A DNA stretch of 64,000 bases from Trichoplax adhaerens (taxonomy: Eukaryota; Animalia; Placozoa), in contig NW_002060943.1 of the NCBI RefSeq assembly GCF_000150275.1, forward strand, positions 9,890,209 to 9,954,208, written 5' to 3'. Below the pieces are notes generated by a model that had not been told where the DNA came from, searched no databases, and saw nothing but the letters and a program-made list of their open reading frames with translations. Below are positions 19,988 through 32,635 of this stretch, piece after piece. Numbering within the stretch: the stretch's first letter is position 1; each line of letters starts with the position of its first letter. The translations under genes and the position numbers were made by a program.

Positions 19988-22900
19988 CTATTCGGAAATA
20001 GGTGACTTTAATAATGCAGATAGCCACGTAAATAGTTCGCCACCAGTATAGATGTGACCTCGATTCGGATTAAAAAGGCTTTCTAAACCTGATATACAGG
20101 AAATATCAATATCACTTAACAACATATCTGATTCATTACTATAATAAGTTAATAGTCGAATGATTTCCAACTGGCACTGTTTTAACTGTGCTTTTATACT
20201 TTCTTGATTTGTAACAATTCCAGCCAATTGTTTAAGAGATCTTCGTCTTCTACCTGGAGAACTCTGTTGATCTGGAGATTTAGGGAGTTTTGATGAAATA
20301 ATGGCTTCAACAGCATGCTTTAGCTCTATCAAGCCATTATGAATTACTACTACGTCTGAATATGGGATAACAATTTGACCACAATGTACATTTTTTGCTC
20401 CTTGAACAGGATCAGAAGCTGGAATAGATTTCATGTTAATTGCGTATAATAGAATAATGCATGGCTTATCCAGTACATTTGATTTATTTTCCAAATTTCC
20501 ATTCAATTGATAATTTATTCGCTGTATTGGTGGTCTATACCATTGAAAACAAATTTCGTTATCGCTTGCTACGGATGCATTGCTTTCTCTTGTAACCAGA
20601 TTAGATCCAGAAATAGTAAATTTAGAATCTGATGCTTCTTGTTTCACTGTTGCCGATAAAGACGTAGATGATGTAATAGATAATCCTTGCAGAAGTTGAC
20701 CATTCGCAATAACAGACTTATTTTCCTTATTAAGTGACATCGATCCTGGAATTTTATAAGTGATGGCTGTTGTAATGCTATTATTTGATGGACTAGTAGG
20801 TGAAAGATCGAGCATCATTGGTGGATATACCGAACAGCAATTATCTTTATAAAGCATTAGCGTGTTTAGTAAGAATGTATGCATACTGGCAACTTTAGCA
20901 GCTGACTTGTTCAGGAATATTGGAGTTCGTATGACTGCAACTCTAATACGTGACTGTTCTCCAATGTAACTTAGATGTGAGTCATGAATATTAATACCAA
21001 GTTCCTCTTGGACTCCTAAATCGCTATCGGCGGGAATAGGTTGAGATTCAACAACGGTAACGGTAGATGCGTTAAAACATTCGCGCTGCAGACATGTATA
21101 ATAAGTCAAAATTTGACTCCAATTAAGATAATTCGACTCATTATCGCATACTAAATCTCGGTTTAAAATTTTGTCTCCTAGAAGATCCAACAAAGCGAAA
21201 TCAGGAATCGTTGCGTAAGCATCAACAGGGATTCGAGATGAAGATAAAGAACTTATGTTACTAGATAGACTGCTAAGGTAATGACGAGCACTGGCAGACA
21301 AACTCGCTGCACGAATAGAACTCCAAGCAGCATAAACTTCGGCACTTCTTTGTGTCTGCTTCTCCTGTTCTTCTTTCAGTTTTATGTCATTTTCTTTCTT
21401 CTGCTGCTTTATTCTAACGTCAGTCGACTCGCTTTGAGCTTTGGTGGGTAACTGATGTAATAAATTAGCAGCACGTATTTGATCGCGAGTCAGTTTTCCT
21501 CTGCCTTTTGTTCTAATTCCGTAACGTGTGTCTTTTTGATGAGTTGATTGGGATTGCGCAGAAATTCTATCAGTATCTGCATATATGCTCGTTAGCGGTT
21601 GACCCTTATCTGTCAATGTGCCTGCAACGTTTGATTGAGCGAGCTCTGCATTATCCGAATTTTCAAATTCTTCACCTAGTTCATCGTCTGTACGTTTTAA
21701 GTAGACTAAAGCCATCTCTAGGTATGCTTGGCGTATAAGAGTGTGATCGTGATTAGCCATATAACTAACTTTTATTGCATCGACAAATGTAGAAGCTACA
21801 ATCTGTCCATCCATCTTATGTAAATTATACAGTTGTCGTTGTACTTGACCAAGAGATAACAGTATCTCAGCTTCAACATTTGGAGTTCTATGAGTGCATA
21901 CTCTTAATATTTCAAGGGCAGTTGTCAAAATACTAGCAACAGGCAGCCAAGCATTGTATGATGGCTTAATATCTTTTTCCATTGCTTCAACAGCAACAAT
22001 CTGGGCCATGATATGACCGATTCTAAGCTTAATTTGAGCTAAGTGTAGTAACTGAGGGAGGTAAATGTTAGGTAACGGTGAGAAAGGCGAGGAAAAATGA
22101 GATTCGGTTTTATGCCTATGTATTGGAATACCAAGATTCATTAACTGATTTAGTAGTATCTCGTGAACAACTTGGTACTCCTTAAAACGCGCTTTTAAGT
22201 TATTTAACGTGTAATAATTCTTTTGCATACCAGATAAATCCGTTTGTTGAGCAAGAGCCAATGTATAAAATAATTGGGTGTTAATAGACGTATCTTGAAG
22301 ATTCTGAGCAACTTTTATAACGTCCTCTAGCTCTTGCTGAATTAATTTACTATCTTTCCCTTGCTTTAAATCAAATATTATGCCCTGTGTCGCAAATTGA
22401 ATAGCAGCTTCATGTTCGTTAAAGGCTTGAGCCTCAGTAATTCCTTCTTCAATGTGATATTTGCAATCGCCAAATAATTGATCTACACTGTTTTTATTGT
22501 AGGTACCGAACGATTCATTAAGTGCTACAACAAGGCATAGGCGACACTTCAACCACAGCCTCATATCAAGGTGAGACATTCTAAAGTAATCCTCAAAACT
22601 TTTCCTAGCTCGATTCGACTTTGCGTACATACCAGAAGAAAGTGAAGAGTACACTTGACTACCTCCGTAGTCCTCATCACTTAAAATAACAGATTCTTGT
22701 ATCAGTTTTAAGCAATCAAATGTCAACTGTGCACTGACTAATGACTGATTCCTTAAAAGGGCAATATCGGCAAATAAAAGATAAACCTGCGTTAAAGCAT
22801 CCAGTTCAAGGGCACTAAGATTTTTTAATACTAGACTAATTTCAATATTATTGACATTTAATTCTGATTTTAACGCTTGCTTGGCTGATTCCATTACCTC

Positions 22901-25900
22901 TTCGTAAATCTGCACTAGTAATTTCTCTGCATTTCTTACAATATTATGTCGAATTATTTCAAGCTTCGGAATAGGCCCATGTTTAGTATCTGTATTAGTT
23001 TTAGACGTTTTAACGGCTAAGCTGTTTGAACGAGCTTTGTTGAGGGGTACCTTGTGGAGAATTTCATCTTGCTTTCTAAACAATACTGATTGAATATTTC
23101 GTGTAAAAGCTACGGCAGAGGATTTAAATAACGATGATTGCCGTCTATGTTTCGTTTTCGACTCACGACCAGAAATATAAAAATCTGAATCACCTGACGA
23201 ATGCTGTGCTGGTATAACAGTTATAGATTTTGCAATACCAACGGCTAAATGGGCTTGAGCCAAACGCAATTTATTGGTTAAGTAAGTTCCATATAAAGTT
23301 GATAAACCACTTGATATCGGTTTTTCAAGTAACTGAGAGATAATTTTATAATTCTTTTCGTCCGTTAACGGTCTTGCACTAACAAATCGCAAAAGAGTAG
23401 CGGTTGACTCCGGCTGCCTAAAATGACTGTCTTCTATTTTCGGGACTTTTTCGCCATTCAGCGTTTGCCCTAATACTAGTAACGCCTCGGTGTAGTAGCC
23501 AAGATCTGTTAATGCTATTATGCGAAGTATCCTTGCCTCAACCGCGGCTTTAGCATCACGACAGATGTAAGTTGCTAAGTACTGATACAGTATCAGCACT
23601 GGAAAAGCTCTTAATTGATAATTTGATCTAGTTAACTCATAAGCAACATATCGCAAGGCTCCAAGAAGTGAGCTTCCATCGCAGCGAAAATAGTCAGAGA
23701 AAAGATCGATACCTGATAATAGTTCAGGCGAAATATGATCTCCAATCTCATAAAACGCGTAGTCAGTGTCAGCAGACGGATGAGGAAGTGAAGTTGCAAA
23801 TAAACCTTTGAATAAAGTTGCTGCTAACAGGCAACAGTCAAGACGTATACCAAGATCGGTGGAATGAATAAATTGTGCAATATCAGCTGCGATGATACCG
23901 ACTTTAAGGCATCCCCATATTCCACAGCGATCCAATGCAATATAATGATGTCTTGACTCTGCTTTATCTCGAAATATACCACGCCAGTTGGCTAAAGCAT
24001 CAGGCTTTTTTAACAAGGCATCAAGAGACCCTGACCACCATTTCAAGGCCATTTTTATATCACCTGCATGAAACATTAAATTGCCTAATTCTTGCATCAT
24101 TTGCGCAATTAGGCCATTATCTTTTTGATGCTGTAGGAGTTCAATAGTTTTTTGATAAGCAGATAAAACAACATTAAATTGTGTCTCCTTCAAGGGAACA
24201 CAATGCAGACTAGGCATACTCTTAAATTTTTCGTTGTAAATGTCTTTGGGAGAATCAATTACTTGTTCTTGATCATGAAATGTATTTTCTGATCCATCTG
24301 AATAGGGAGTGTTGTGACCATTTCTTGATCGTATTCTACCAGCTACATATCGAAGTAATAATTGGCGACAATGTTGCACGCATCTTGCTGTGTAGCTAGC
24401 GCTATTAAGATATTGTCGTAATACTCCTAAACTCCTCCCTACGTCAAGTGAAATATTAGTAACTTTGAGCGCATCATTACTATTCTCGTAAACGTTTATA
24501 CGATCAAACGTCATATCGGATGATCTCGTTGGAGGTGTTGACTGATTTACAGTATTAGAATTTACATTTTTAGAAGAATTATACATTGTTTTTATTGTCG
24601 TACGATAAGAATCAGGTAACTGGCCATGATTAGCTAATATTCGAGCCGCAATTCTTCGCTGTGCAACAACTTGGAGAGGAACGATAATGTTGGCGTACTT
24701 GTTTCCTGTTATATTGTTAAATCTTATACATAAATCAGCTAAGTGTTCCCATCGACCCTCCAGGTATATGTGCTGTATGCTAGTTAATATCACCTTCGAA
24801 ACCCACCTCAAATCTAATTTTGTTCCATCATCGAGGGGGCTCTCGAAAAAAAGACCTGAGCCACCCGTTTCGTTTTTAAGTTCTCCAAAATACCCAGTTA
24901 AATGATCAGTATCAACTATATCCAGTCTCATCATACGCCGGCTAGATAATTCTTTTTCTTCGCCTTGAATCTGCTCTATCATATCAAGAATATTATCGGC
25001 AAGTCGGTAACAGTGCCGCCAGAGAATATTTCTAACACTATCAAAGTGCAATGGTGTGGAACCATTAGGTAACTCAGGAGAAAATTCATTTCCGTATACA
25101 CAGTAGTACGCTAAACAATGCTGATATATACTATTAATGCAATTCCACATTGAACGAGCTGCATTTTGCAATAGTATCCAATGCCTACCACGGTGTGCTA
25201 GAGTGATTGCTCGTGAAAAACACGTAAAAATTTTTTTTACTAGATCCAATGATTGTTGAGTGTACATCTCATTCTCTGCTTCATCGACAATTCTTTGACC
25301 TCGTTGATATTTCTTAGCTATAGGCGCAGAATTAGTAACTTCAGAGCGCCCATTCAGATTTTTCTCCGGAGAGGGCTGTAAGTTGTTGATAATTTCTGGT
25401 TCTCGAGTTGCAGCTACAGTTGCTGGTCGATCGTCATGCTTATCGCTTTTATCTGTGTTATCATCAGAATTGACTTCGTGATCATTCTCATCAATAAACC
25501 ATCGGAGAGGGTTACCGTCCCATTCTATTAAGACCTTTCCAATGTTAAGCAAACCTAACCAATCGTAATCAATGATGTTATTTAAGAGTGCGAAATCGAA
25601 GTCAGTTAATTTTCGCCATGCTTCCAATCGATTTATCAAAATAGTAAAATTACATAAACCCAATTGTATATTTAGCTGGCTTCTCCAAGCCATTTCCTCA
25701 CTGCTAACTTGTCGCAACCGTCGACGGCGGCACGCAGCACGCCAAAAATCTGGCAAGATATTTTTTAAAATTTGAATTGCAGCCATTTCATCATCATTCC
25801 TTTCTCGTCTCTCCTTAGTTCTGCTTGTGCTTCTCTCATGTCGCCTTAAATGACTCGGTCGCACGGCTGTGCGACCATAGTAGTCATTTTGTTGACGCGC

Positions 25901-28900
25901 AGAATCAGGTTTGTCGTCTACAAAATTACTTCGTAAATATTTCTGTGAAATTGTTGAATCTTGCTGTTGATGATGTGAATATTCGATAACTGCTGCACCA
26001 TACCGTTTGCTATCCTCATTTCCACCACCCGCATTTTGACGTAAAACATTTGTATTTTTTACAAGTATCATTTCATTGCGCCTTTGAAGCCAATGAAATG
26101 TTTCCGTTGACCATTCAAGTATAAGCTCCGCATGGCCTTCTTGCGATGCTTTGACCACAATATGCACAAAAAATTCAAGAAACCGAGCACGACGACGAAA
26201 CTTGGTTACTTCACGATAAGCCAACGGAGCAGGTAAATTTTGTATATACGCGTATAAAACTGATTCATCTTCTGCACCTGTCAATTCTTCGCGCCCGTGC
26301 ATTTTTGAGCTGTTCATATGTACCATAAGAGCTTCTAGAGCTTTCAGTTCATCATTAGGTTTTTCGTTCGGATATGGATCACTTTCTTTTTCTTTACCGC
26401 TTCGTTGCTTTTTCTTTTTCTTTTTTGACTTATATAGGGTATTGTGAGATAATGATCCACCTGCTGGATAAAGTGTCCTACCATCAACCACTTTAGAAAG
26501 TGACGCAATCGATTTATTATCAATTATCTGCGAAGCAGTTGCGACATTGGCAGATTCATTCAAATTAATGGTTTCTTCATGATCATTATCGGTTGGCTGG
26601 GTTTCCGGTGTGCTATCAATTGATAATAGTTTCTTCGTCGCCTCATTAATAGAATCAGCTAACTTTTTTTGTCTAGTTACGCGTAAACATAGGGCAACAA
26701 AATAATCAATACTGGCTACCATACGATGTAGTGAATCGGTCGTAGTGGGATTGCGCCTTCGAAATGTCGCCGGTGGCAACTCGTGCATAACACAGTGGCA
26801 CCTTAAAAGAATACGAATTACTGCAAATGATGGGACTTGCAGCTGTATAAATGGTGCTAATAGCCCATAGCATTGAACCAACACTTGTATCATCAAAATA
26901 GAATCATTCAACCATCCTGCAATCTCAAATGCAATTACCATGTGTTCGCATTCACGTGTCCGGGCTATTTGCCCTGGATACAGTGGTCCGTCATCGCACA
27001 ATGTGTTGCAATATAACGACTTTTCACGAATATGACAATCCGAGTCAATAAAAATGGTTTGAAAGAACTGACGTAAAAGAATATGCGAACAATTTATAAC
27101 TTTTAACTTTTTAAGCCGTCGTAGTCTTACAACAACTTCTTCACTAATTCGCTCTATGTAGAATTGAGAAGGTTTCGTTGGTATATCTTCAACAAAGTTC
27201 TCCCATAATATAGTAGCACATGATTTAGCAATCGCATATGCCCCGACTTGATAAGCCACCTGACAAAGGAGAGCATAGCCCATCATTACTTGCGCGGGAC
27301 TAGAGGCAACAATCGGACGGGTAGAGATGCCAACGTTATTGCCAATTAGAGTGCCATCAATAGTGTAAGCCGCAAATGCAAAAGTATAGCGATCGTTAGG
27401 TGTTAGATCGGTAACCTGAATTTCACATGAATTTTTATCAGCTGGGATTAAGATGCCCGTACCGGACAATTGATAATCGCCCAATCGTGCTTTAACATTG
27501 CTTCCGCTGGCATTCCGACCAAATAAGCAGTAATAAGCGATTTTACTGCCATCAGATGGAACAAATGGTGCAGGTTTGAATATCATGGTTTGACCAGACC
27601 GATGAAGTAGCTGAGGTGTAGGTGGAACTGTGCCTTCGACAGTTTTTTCTTGGTACTTAGAACTTATCACCGTATTTGCTTCATTTTTCTGTAATTGAGA
27701 TAACAATTCGTAACTGTGTTCCAAGGTCTGACGTTCATACTCACTAAGGGTAGCACCCGTTTCATGATTAAGCCCAACAAGCTGCATCAGGAATAAAGCT
27801 TTGGTAAAAGTGTTGCTACCATATTTTTTCTTAATGTCTTCTTCTGAATATGACGGCATGTTAATCTCTTCTTTAACCGGCGTTGTATTGCAAGGACGGC
27901 GAATCTTAGCTTTTGTCTTTCTCGTTACATCTATCTGTATTCTAGATAATTTTAAGAGGATACGCAACAGAACGAAAGAAATTTCCGCTTGCAATGATAA
28001 TATTGTGTCATATTGTGTTGCAGTCTTGTCCAGAGGAGGAGCGTTGTCCTTTGAACTGTGAAGGGTATTTTTATTTTTGTTTCCATTAATTACATGAGAT
28101 TCTTTTTCATTATGCTGTCGCTTAGCCTCATTGCCGTTATCTGACATCCGACTTGCGGCTGCAATGTAAGTATCTGCTGATTTATCTATTTCTTGCAATA
28201 CATTTTCCAAAACATTTCCAGCTTTTATCAAGCAGTAATATGCACTTGTAGGATCGAAGCTTAAAGGGTACGAGGAAACATCGTCTAATAAATTACTCAG
28301 TTCTGTTACTGATTCTCGGTTAGCTTCGTTTTCTATATCTGCATCTTCAACAACTAGGGTAGGTTTGATAGGATTTCGAATCATGCTGCCTTCAAACTGC
28401 ACACTATTTTCATATTTATTTTGACTTCCCCTTATAAAACTGTCATTATGGCGATTACTTAATGCAGAACTGCTACCAAGATTTTCACGATCTGTACGGA
28501 TGTCGCCGTTGTAACTAATTTTACTGCTCTTGTTAGCTTCCCTTAGTGTTACAGTAGGTGCTGTATTAGAATTGACTCTTATATTACCAAGTGCAGCACT
28601 ACTTGAAGTCTGATATCCTGTAGTAGATCGATCACTATTTTTCCCTGAAGTGATTACGGTTTGATAACCTACAACCATACCGGCAGAAGGCATTTCGGCC
28701 ACGCACTCTAGAAGCAATGCTAAGCGCAAAGCTGTTTCACCCGCACCTATTGGATCTATTAGAGTGGCATTGCTGACGTTCATAATTCGATTAGAAACTT
28801 CTAGTAGTCGAATCCACTGCATTTATATGGCCATAATAATGAATAAACAGAAAAATGCAATAAACTAAAGTGGTGTACATTGAATATAAATGTAATTTAA

Positions 28901-31319
28901 ATATCCGTAAATATTTTATAGCGACTAACCTTGATAGAATTATCATCGTTAATTATATGACGACAATTATCATACGTAGGAGAAACCACACGGTTGAAAT
29001 GAGACTTACAGTGAGATCGCAGCATTAGCGCTGCATCTGCAATCACCTCAGAGTCATGTATTTTTAACGCTTCCTAAAGTAAAATAAATAAACATACGAT
29101 ATTTATGCTACCTGTATGTGTTTTCGTCACCCTAAGGACAGTGCCTGTTTTACCTGATAGGGTATCTCTAAACAGCTTTCGATAACATCTGCAAATCTCA
29201 AAAGATCATCTAAAAGACAGGAATGTTTATTGGGTGGAATACCTGAAATAAAGATTATTTATATAGGAAACTTTGAAAAGATTCTGAAAAGGCGTACAGT
29301 AAATATTAAAATAGTTTCAGTAACAATAAGTAATAATCATATAGTAATGCACGTATCTTTAACCATGAATTGAACAAGATACGTCATGTACTCAGGTCCT
29401 GGAAATGTTTTTTAATACTGTACTGTAAATGCATTTTCGGATTGGTTATTTATTTACTGTTAATACCGCTAATGGATCGATCTTGCTTCGCATCTTGATC
29501 ATTGAGAGCCTCAAAAGGCATCGTACCCTCTTCTTGATTAGCCGAATTTTCAGCTTTAGCCGTATGTGTCTGACTGAAAATTATATTTCTGTATGATATC
29601 ATTAACTGTAAAATTTTATAATCTGCAAGGCTGTGATAATCTTTTCGATCCTAAGAGTATAAATAATATAAAGACATCTTAGTGTGACAGGTTATTTCTA
29701 CAAATAATGAAAATCTCATGTTGCTGTAGATTTTGTGACGAATATACGCCTAATCACCTTAAGGAAGGAAAGAATTGGGTCACAAAGAGTATTAAACGTG
29801 TCCCAGTGTTCAAAAGAGAAGGCCGCCTTGACAAACCTCGTAGCCGCAATTAATGTCACTCCGTTACCACCTTTAAATCCATGTTTAATTAGAATAGAAA
29901 TGAATTATCAAGATTAAAAATCCTGAAAGATCACATACCTTTTATTGCTAAATCTATCTGAGAGACTCTCCTTGAATCATCTTTATGATCAATAACGTTG
30001 ATATTGATGGCTACTCTATCCCTACTGTGGTACAGAAGTTCTAATCCAGCATAGAATAATTCATTGTATACTTCGAATTCGTCAGCATCGAATGAGACAG
30101 ATCCAATATGCAAAGTACGTCGATGAGAATGGTATTGTAAACCTTCCAAAACAGCAAGAAAATGAGCGGAGCTGCCGATAAATGTGTCATTAATTAATCT
30201 TTCCGTCAAGGTTCTTGGCCAGGCCTGGTTCTTAATGTCGGACAAATTTTGTTTCAACCGTGGCCTGAGTTGACCTTTAGATTTTCTACGTGAATCAATA
30301 CATATCCGACGAAATATCATTAAATTCATTTTCATTAAGGCCTCCTTAAAGATTTGATCATTGCTGATAGAAACTCCCAACGCGCTCATCTGTTCTAATT
30401 GTATTAAATCATTTATTTTACTAATTCCCCGCTTCGCGAACAATTCTGCGTTATGATGTAATTTAAGGTATCTCGAATAGCAGAGACTAAATGCCATTTG
30501 GTATTGCTGATAATAATGAAAGAACCAAAGTTGAACTATTATTAACGACTTTAAAACCAATCAAAACTGCATCATGTCTTATACTATATATACATTATCA
30601 TATGAAAATATTAACGGTTCAGTTGAAAAGTAGAACCAGTTACGCCTATTTACCTTTTCTTTTAGTAGGAAATCACCAACGTCAAGCAATCTTTCGTAAA
30701 AAAGGTTACGCGGTAGTCGATTTTCATAATTATTCCATATTTTGAATAGTGCAGAATATCTATATGATTGTTTGTAGTAACATATATACTGAGTGAATTT
30801 ATATGTAAATATAACGTAAACCCTTATATTAATAAGTATCAGCTTAATACTAATCGGTACAGATACAGCATAAGTATTCTCGTATAATGATAGTAAAGGA
30901 AACAGCAAGCGAAGAAAAGAAAAGAATCTCAACTCCGAAAAACAGTATCGTACTTCAGTATACAATGTTCCAAAGTAGGTTTTATAGTAATTAGATAAGA
31001 GTACATAATATTGTATTTTATATATATTTAATAACGGTATTCAACGAAAATTTGACCAGAATTACTGATTTTAATGACTCTACAATGTTACAGTGAAATT
31101 ATAACAAATTTAATAACGAAATAACCTTCTGGATTGTATATTGTTGGCTTGCTTAGTTATCGAATCATCGTAAGTTGTTGGACGAAAAAATTTAAGAAAA
31201 CATTCAAGCTCCTGTTCGAAAGCCAATAGCACCGGATTATGATTACTCACGTCACCATAAAATGCAGCATTTTGCAGCTTAGCTTTTTTTATAGCAATTT
31301 TAGTTGCATGAACTGCCAT
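19988..31319 (-). CDS. CFAP54: Cilia- and flagella-associated protein 54 (central-pair C1d projection); several 5' exons plus one 8.8-kb terminal exon
   Basis: The 2944-aa ORF contains PPTPQLLHRSGQTMIFKPAPF, YYCLFGRNASGSNVKARLGDY, ARFLEFFV, AHRGRHWILLQNAARSMWN and SLPHPSADTDYA. Upstream exons read LLDVGDFLLKEK / CYSRYL / KINDLIQLEQMS..IFRR..DSRRK..WPRTLTERL, which resembles the CFAP54 N-terminus. Approximate exons: 31319-31126, 30760-30652, 30507-29939, 29870-29758, ~29650-29460, 29243-29153, 29073-28930, 28816-19988. Confidence 0.85.
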
Positions 31320-31546
31320 ATTTATCGCCTAAATTTGCATACAATTTTCGCGTATGTATGCGATCAAGTCGTATTATAACTAAATTCCTAGCGTATATTA
31401 ATACTTTTGACTAGAAGTCTATAACGGAATCAATTTACATAGTCGACGAAGGACTGAAACGTAATGACAACAATAATAAGCCCAAGTTACTAGAGCTGAA
31501 GCAGGAAACGGTCATACTGACTGTAGGAAGAGCAGTGTAGCAGCGA

Positions 31547-31700
31547 CTTGCTAAGGTTACCATAGTAACGCCTTGATAGCAATCATGAGCGGATAAGCTC
31601 ATGCAGTTAGCTATTACCGTTCATAGACTACTAGGTGTATCAAAGTGACTTTGTTAGTCCCAGGTCTGTATAGCTATATAACTTACCGTTACTATGGTAC
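31547..31700. promoter_or_regulatory. RFX X-box cluster upstream of CFAP54
   Basis: GTTACCATAGTAAC (31556-31569) is a consensus 14-bp X-box. Overlapping CTTGCTAAGGTTAC (31547-31560) and GTTACTATGGTAC (31688-31700) are X-box-like. They lie about 230-380 nt upstream of the CFAP54 ATG. Confidence 0.7.
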
Positions 31701-32529
31701 ATTATTTACGTATTATGACTGATTTTACAGTACTGTATACAGTATATGACTGTACCAAAGTCTTTTTTTTTTAAGAACTTTTACTTTTAAATAAATTCTA
31801 AAATCAGAATTTCACACTGACTTCATTAAAACGTACATAAATACGTACGTAGTACAGTATGCTTAATAAAGCCAATACGTTGGCAGGACAAGATTTCCTC
31901 TCCCATTTATGGAACGGTAAATTGATAGGTATCACCGTATTTACAATCAATGCCCACATTTGTTTGCAATCAGCTCGAAATAGCAAGTGCTGTTCTTGTA
32001 TAGTACTGTATGCAACTGGCACGTCACCATGCAGTTATTTATAAACTTCCTGTTATTCGCGATGCAGTTTGGGATGTACCCCTAAATATGATTTCAAATA
32101 TATTCGGAGAGAACGGAGGTAAAGTAGAATAAAATTCCTATAAGAGTACGGCGAGAACATACGGTATAGTGCCGTTTATTTTTATTTTATTTTTGTCAAG
32201 GCTAAGTATACAGGTATTTGCTAAGACTTCTGTAAGTAATGATTACCATTTATGACTAGATTTCATCTTCCGAACTTCGTTATGTAAGATATCACCTGCT
32301 ATTTATAGTATGACTAGTACTCTGATACATCATATACGTGCATGCACGTTTAGAGTAGAAGTCTTTTTCTGCCATTCAGCGACAGGTGTGGCCTGCTTTA
32401 TGCACTTCCCGCTATATTAGCAAGAAATCCTTAGTCTTAAAGTTTGACTACTTTGCAATGCGGAGTGCGCTAGTGTGATATTATAAAGGTTGCAATATCA
32501 ACATACCATTGGTGATAAATTATACATAA

Positions 32530-32635
32530 CTAGTGCAAACTCCCGTCGCTTTACTGACGGTTTACGATAATGTGCTCATTTAACAGAGGTTCAGTAACTT
32601 TATACCGTACCGTGTAGACCTGTCAGAGGTTCAGG
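32530..32635 (-). mobile_element. Second copy of the same Helitron-type 3' terminus, between CFAP54 and ARF
   Basis: The minus strand reads tctgttaaatgagcacattatcgtaaaccgtcagtaaagcgacgggagtttgcaCTAG|T. Homology to the 8.8-kb copy stops at CTAG|T. A second homologous block (tagacctgtca, 32615-32625) matches 8810-8820. Confidence 0.7.

Noticed and set aside
21526-28061. Plus-strand ORFs antisense to CFAP54 (and 15006-15455 antisense to RXYLT1)
   Set aside because: They are short shadow frames opposite real coding exons, with no recognisable domains.
19988-28822. The 2944-aa ORF as a viral polyprotein, transposon or horizontally acquired gene
   Set aside because: No RT, integrase, helicase or capsid motifs were seen. 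It splices in frame to upstream spliceosomal exons and matches CFAP54 motifs.
31804-32044. Overlapping 72-aa and 61-aa ORFs upstream of CFAP54
   Set aside because: No recognisable motif, no convincing splice partners, and non-ATG or weak starts.
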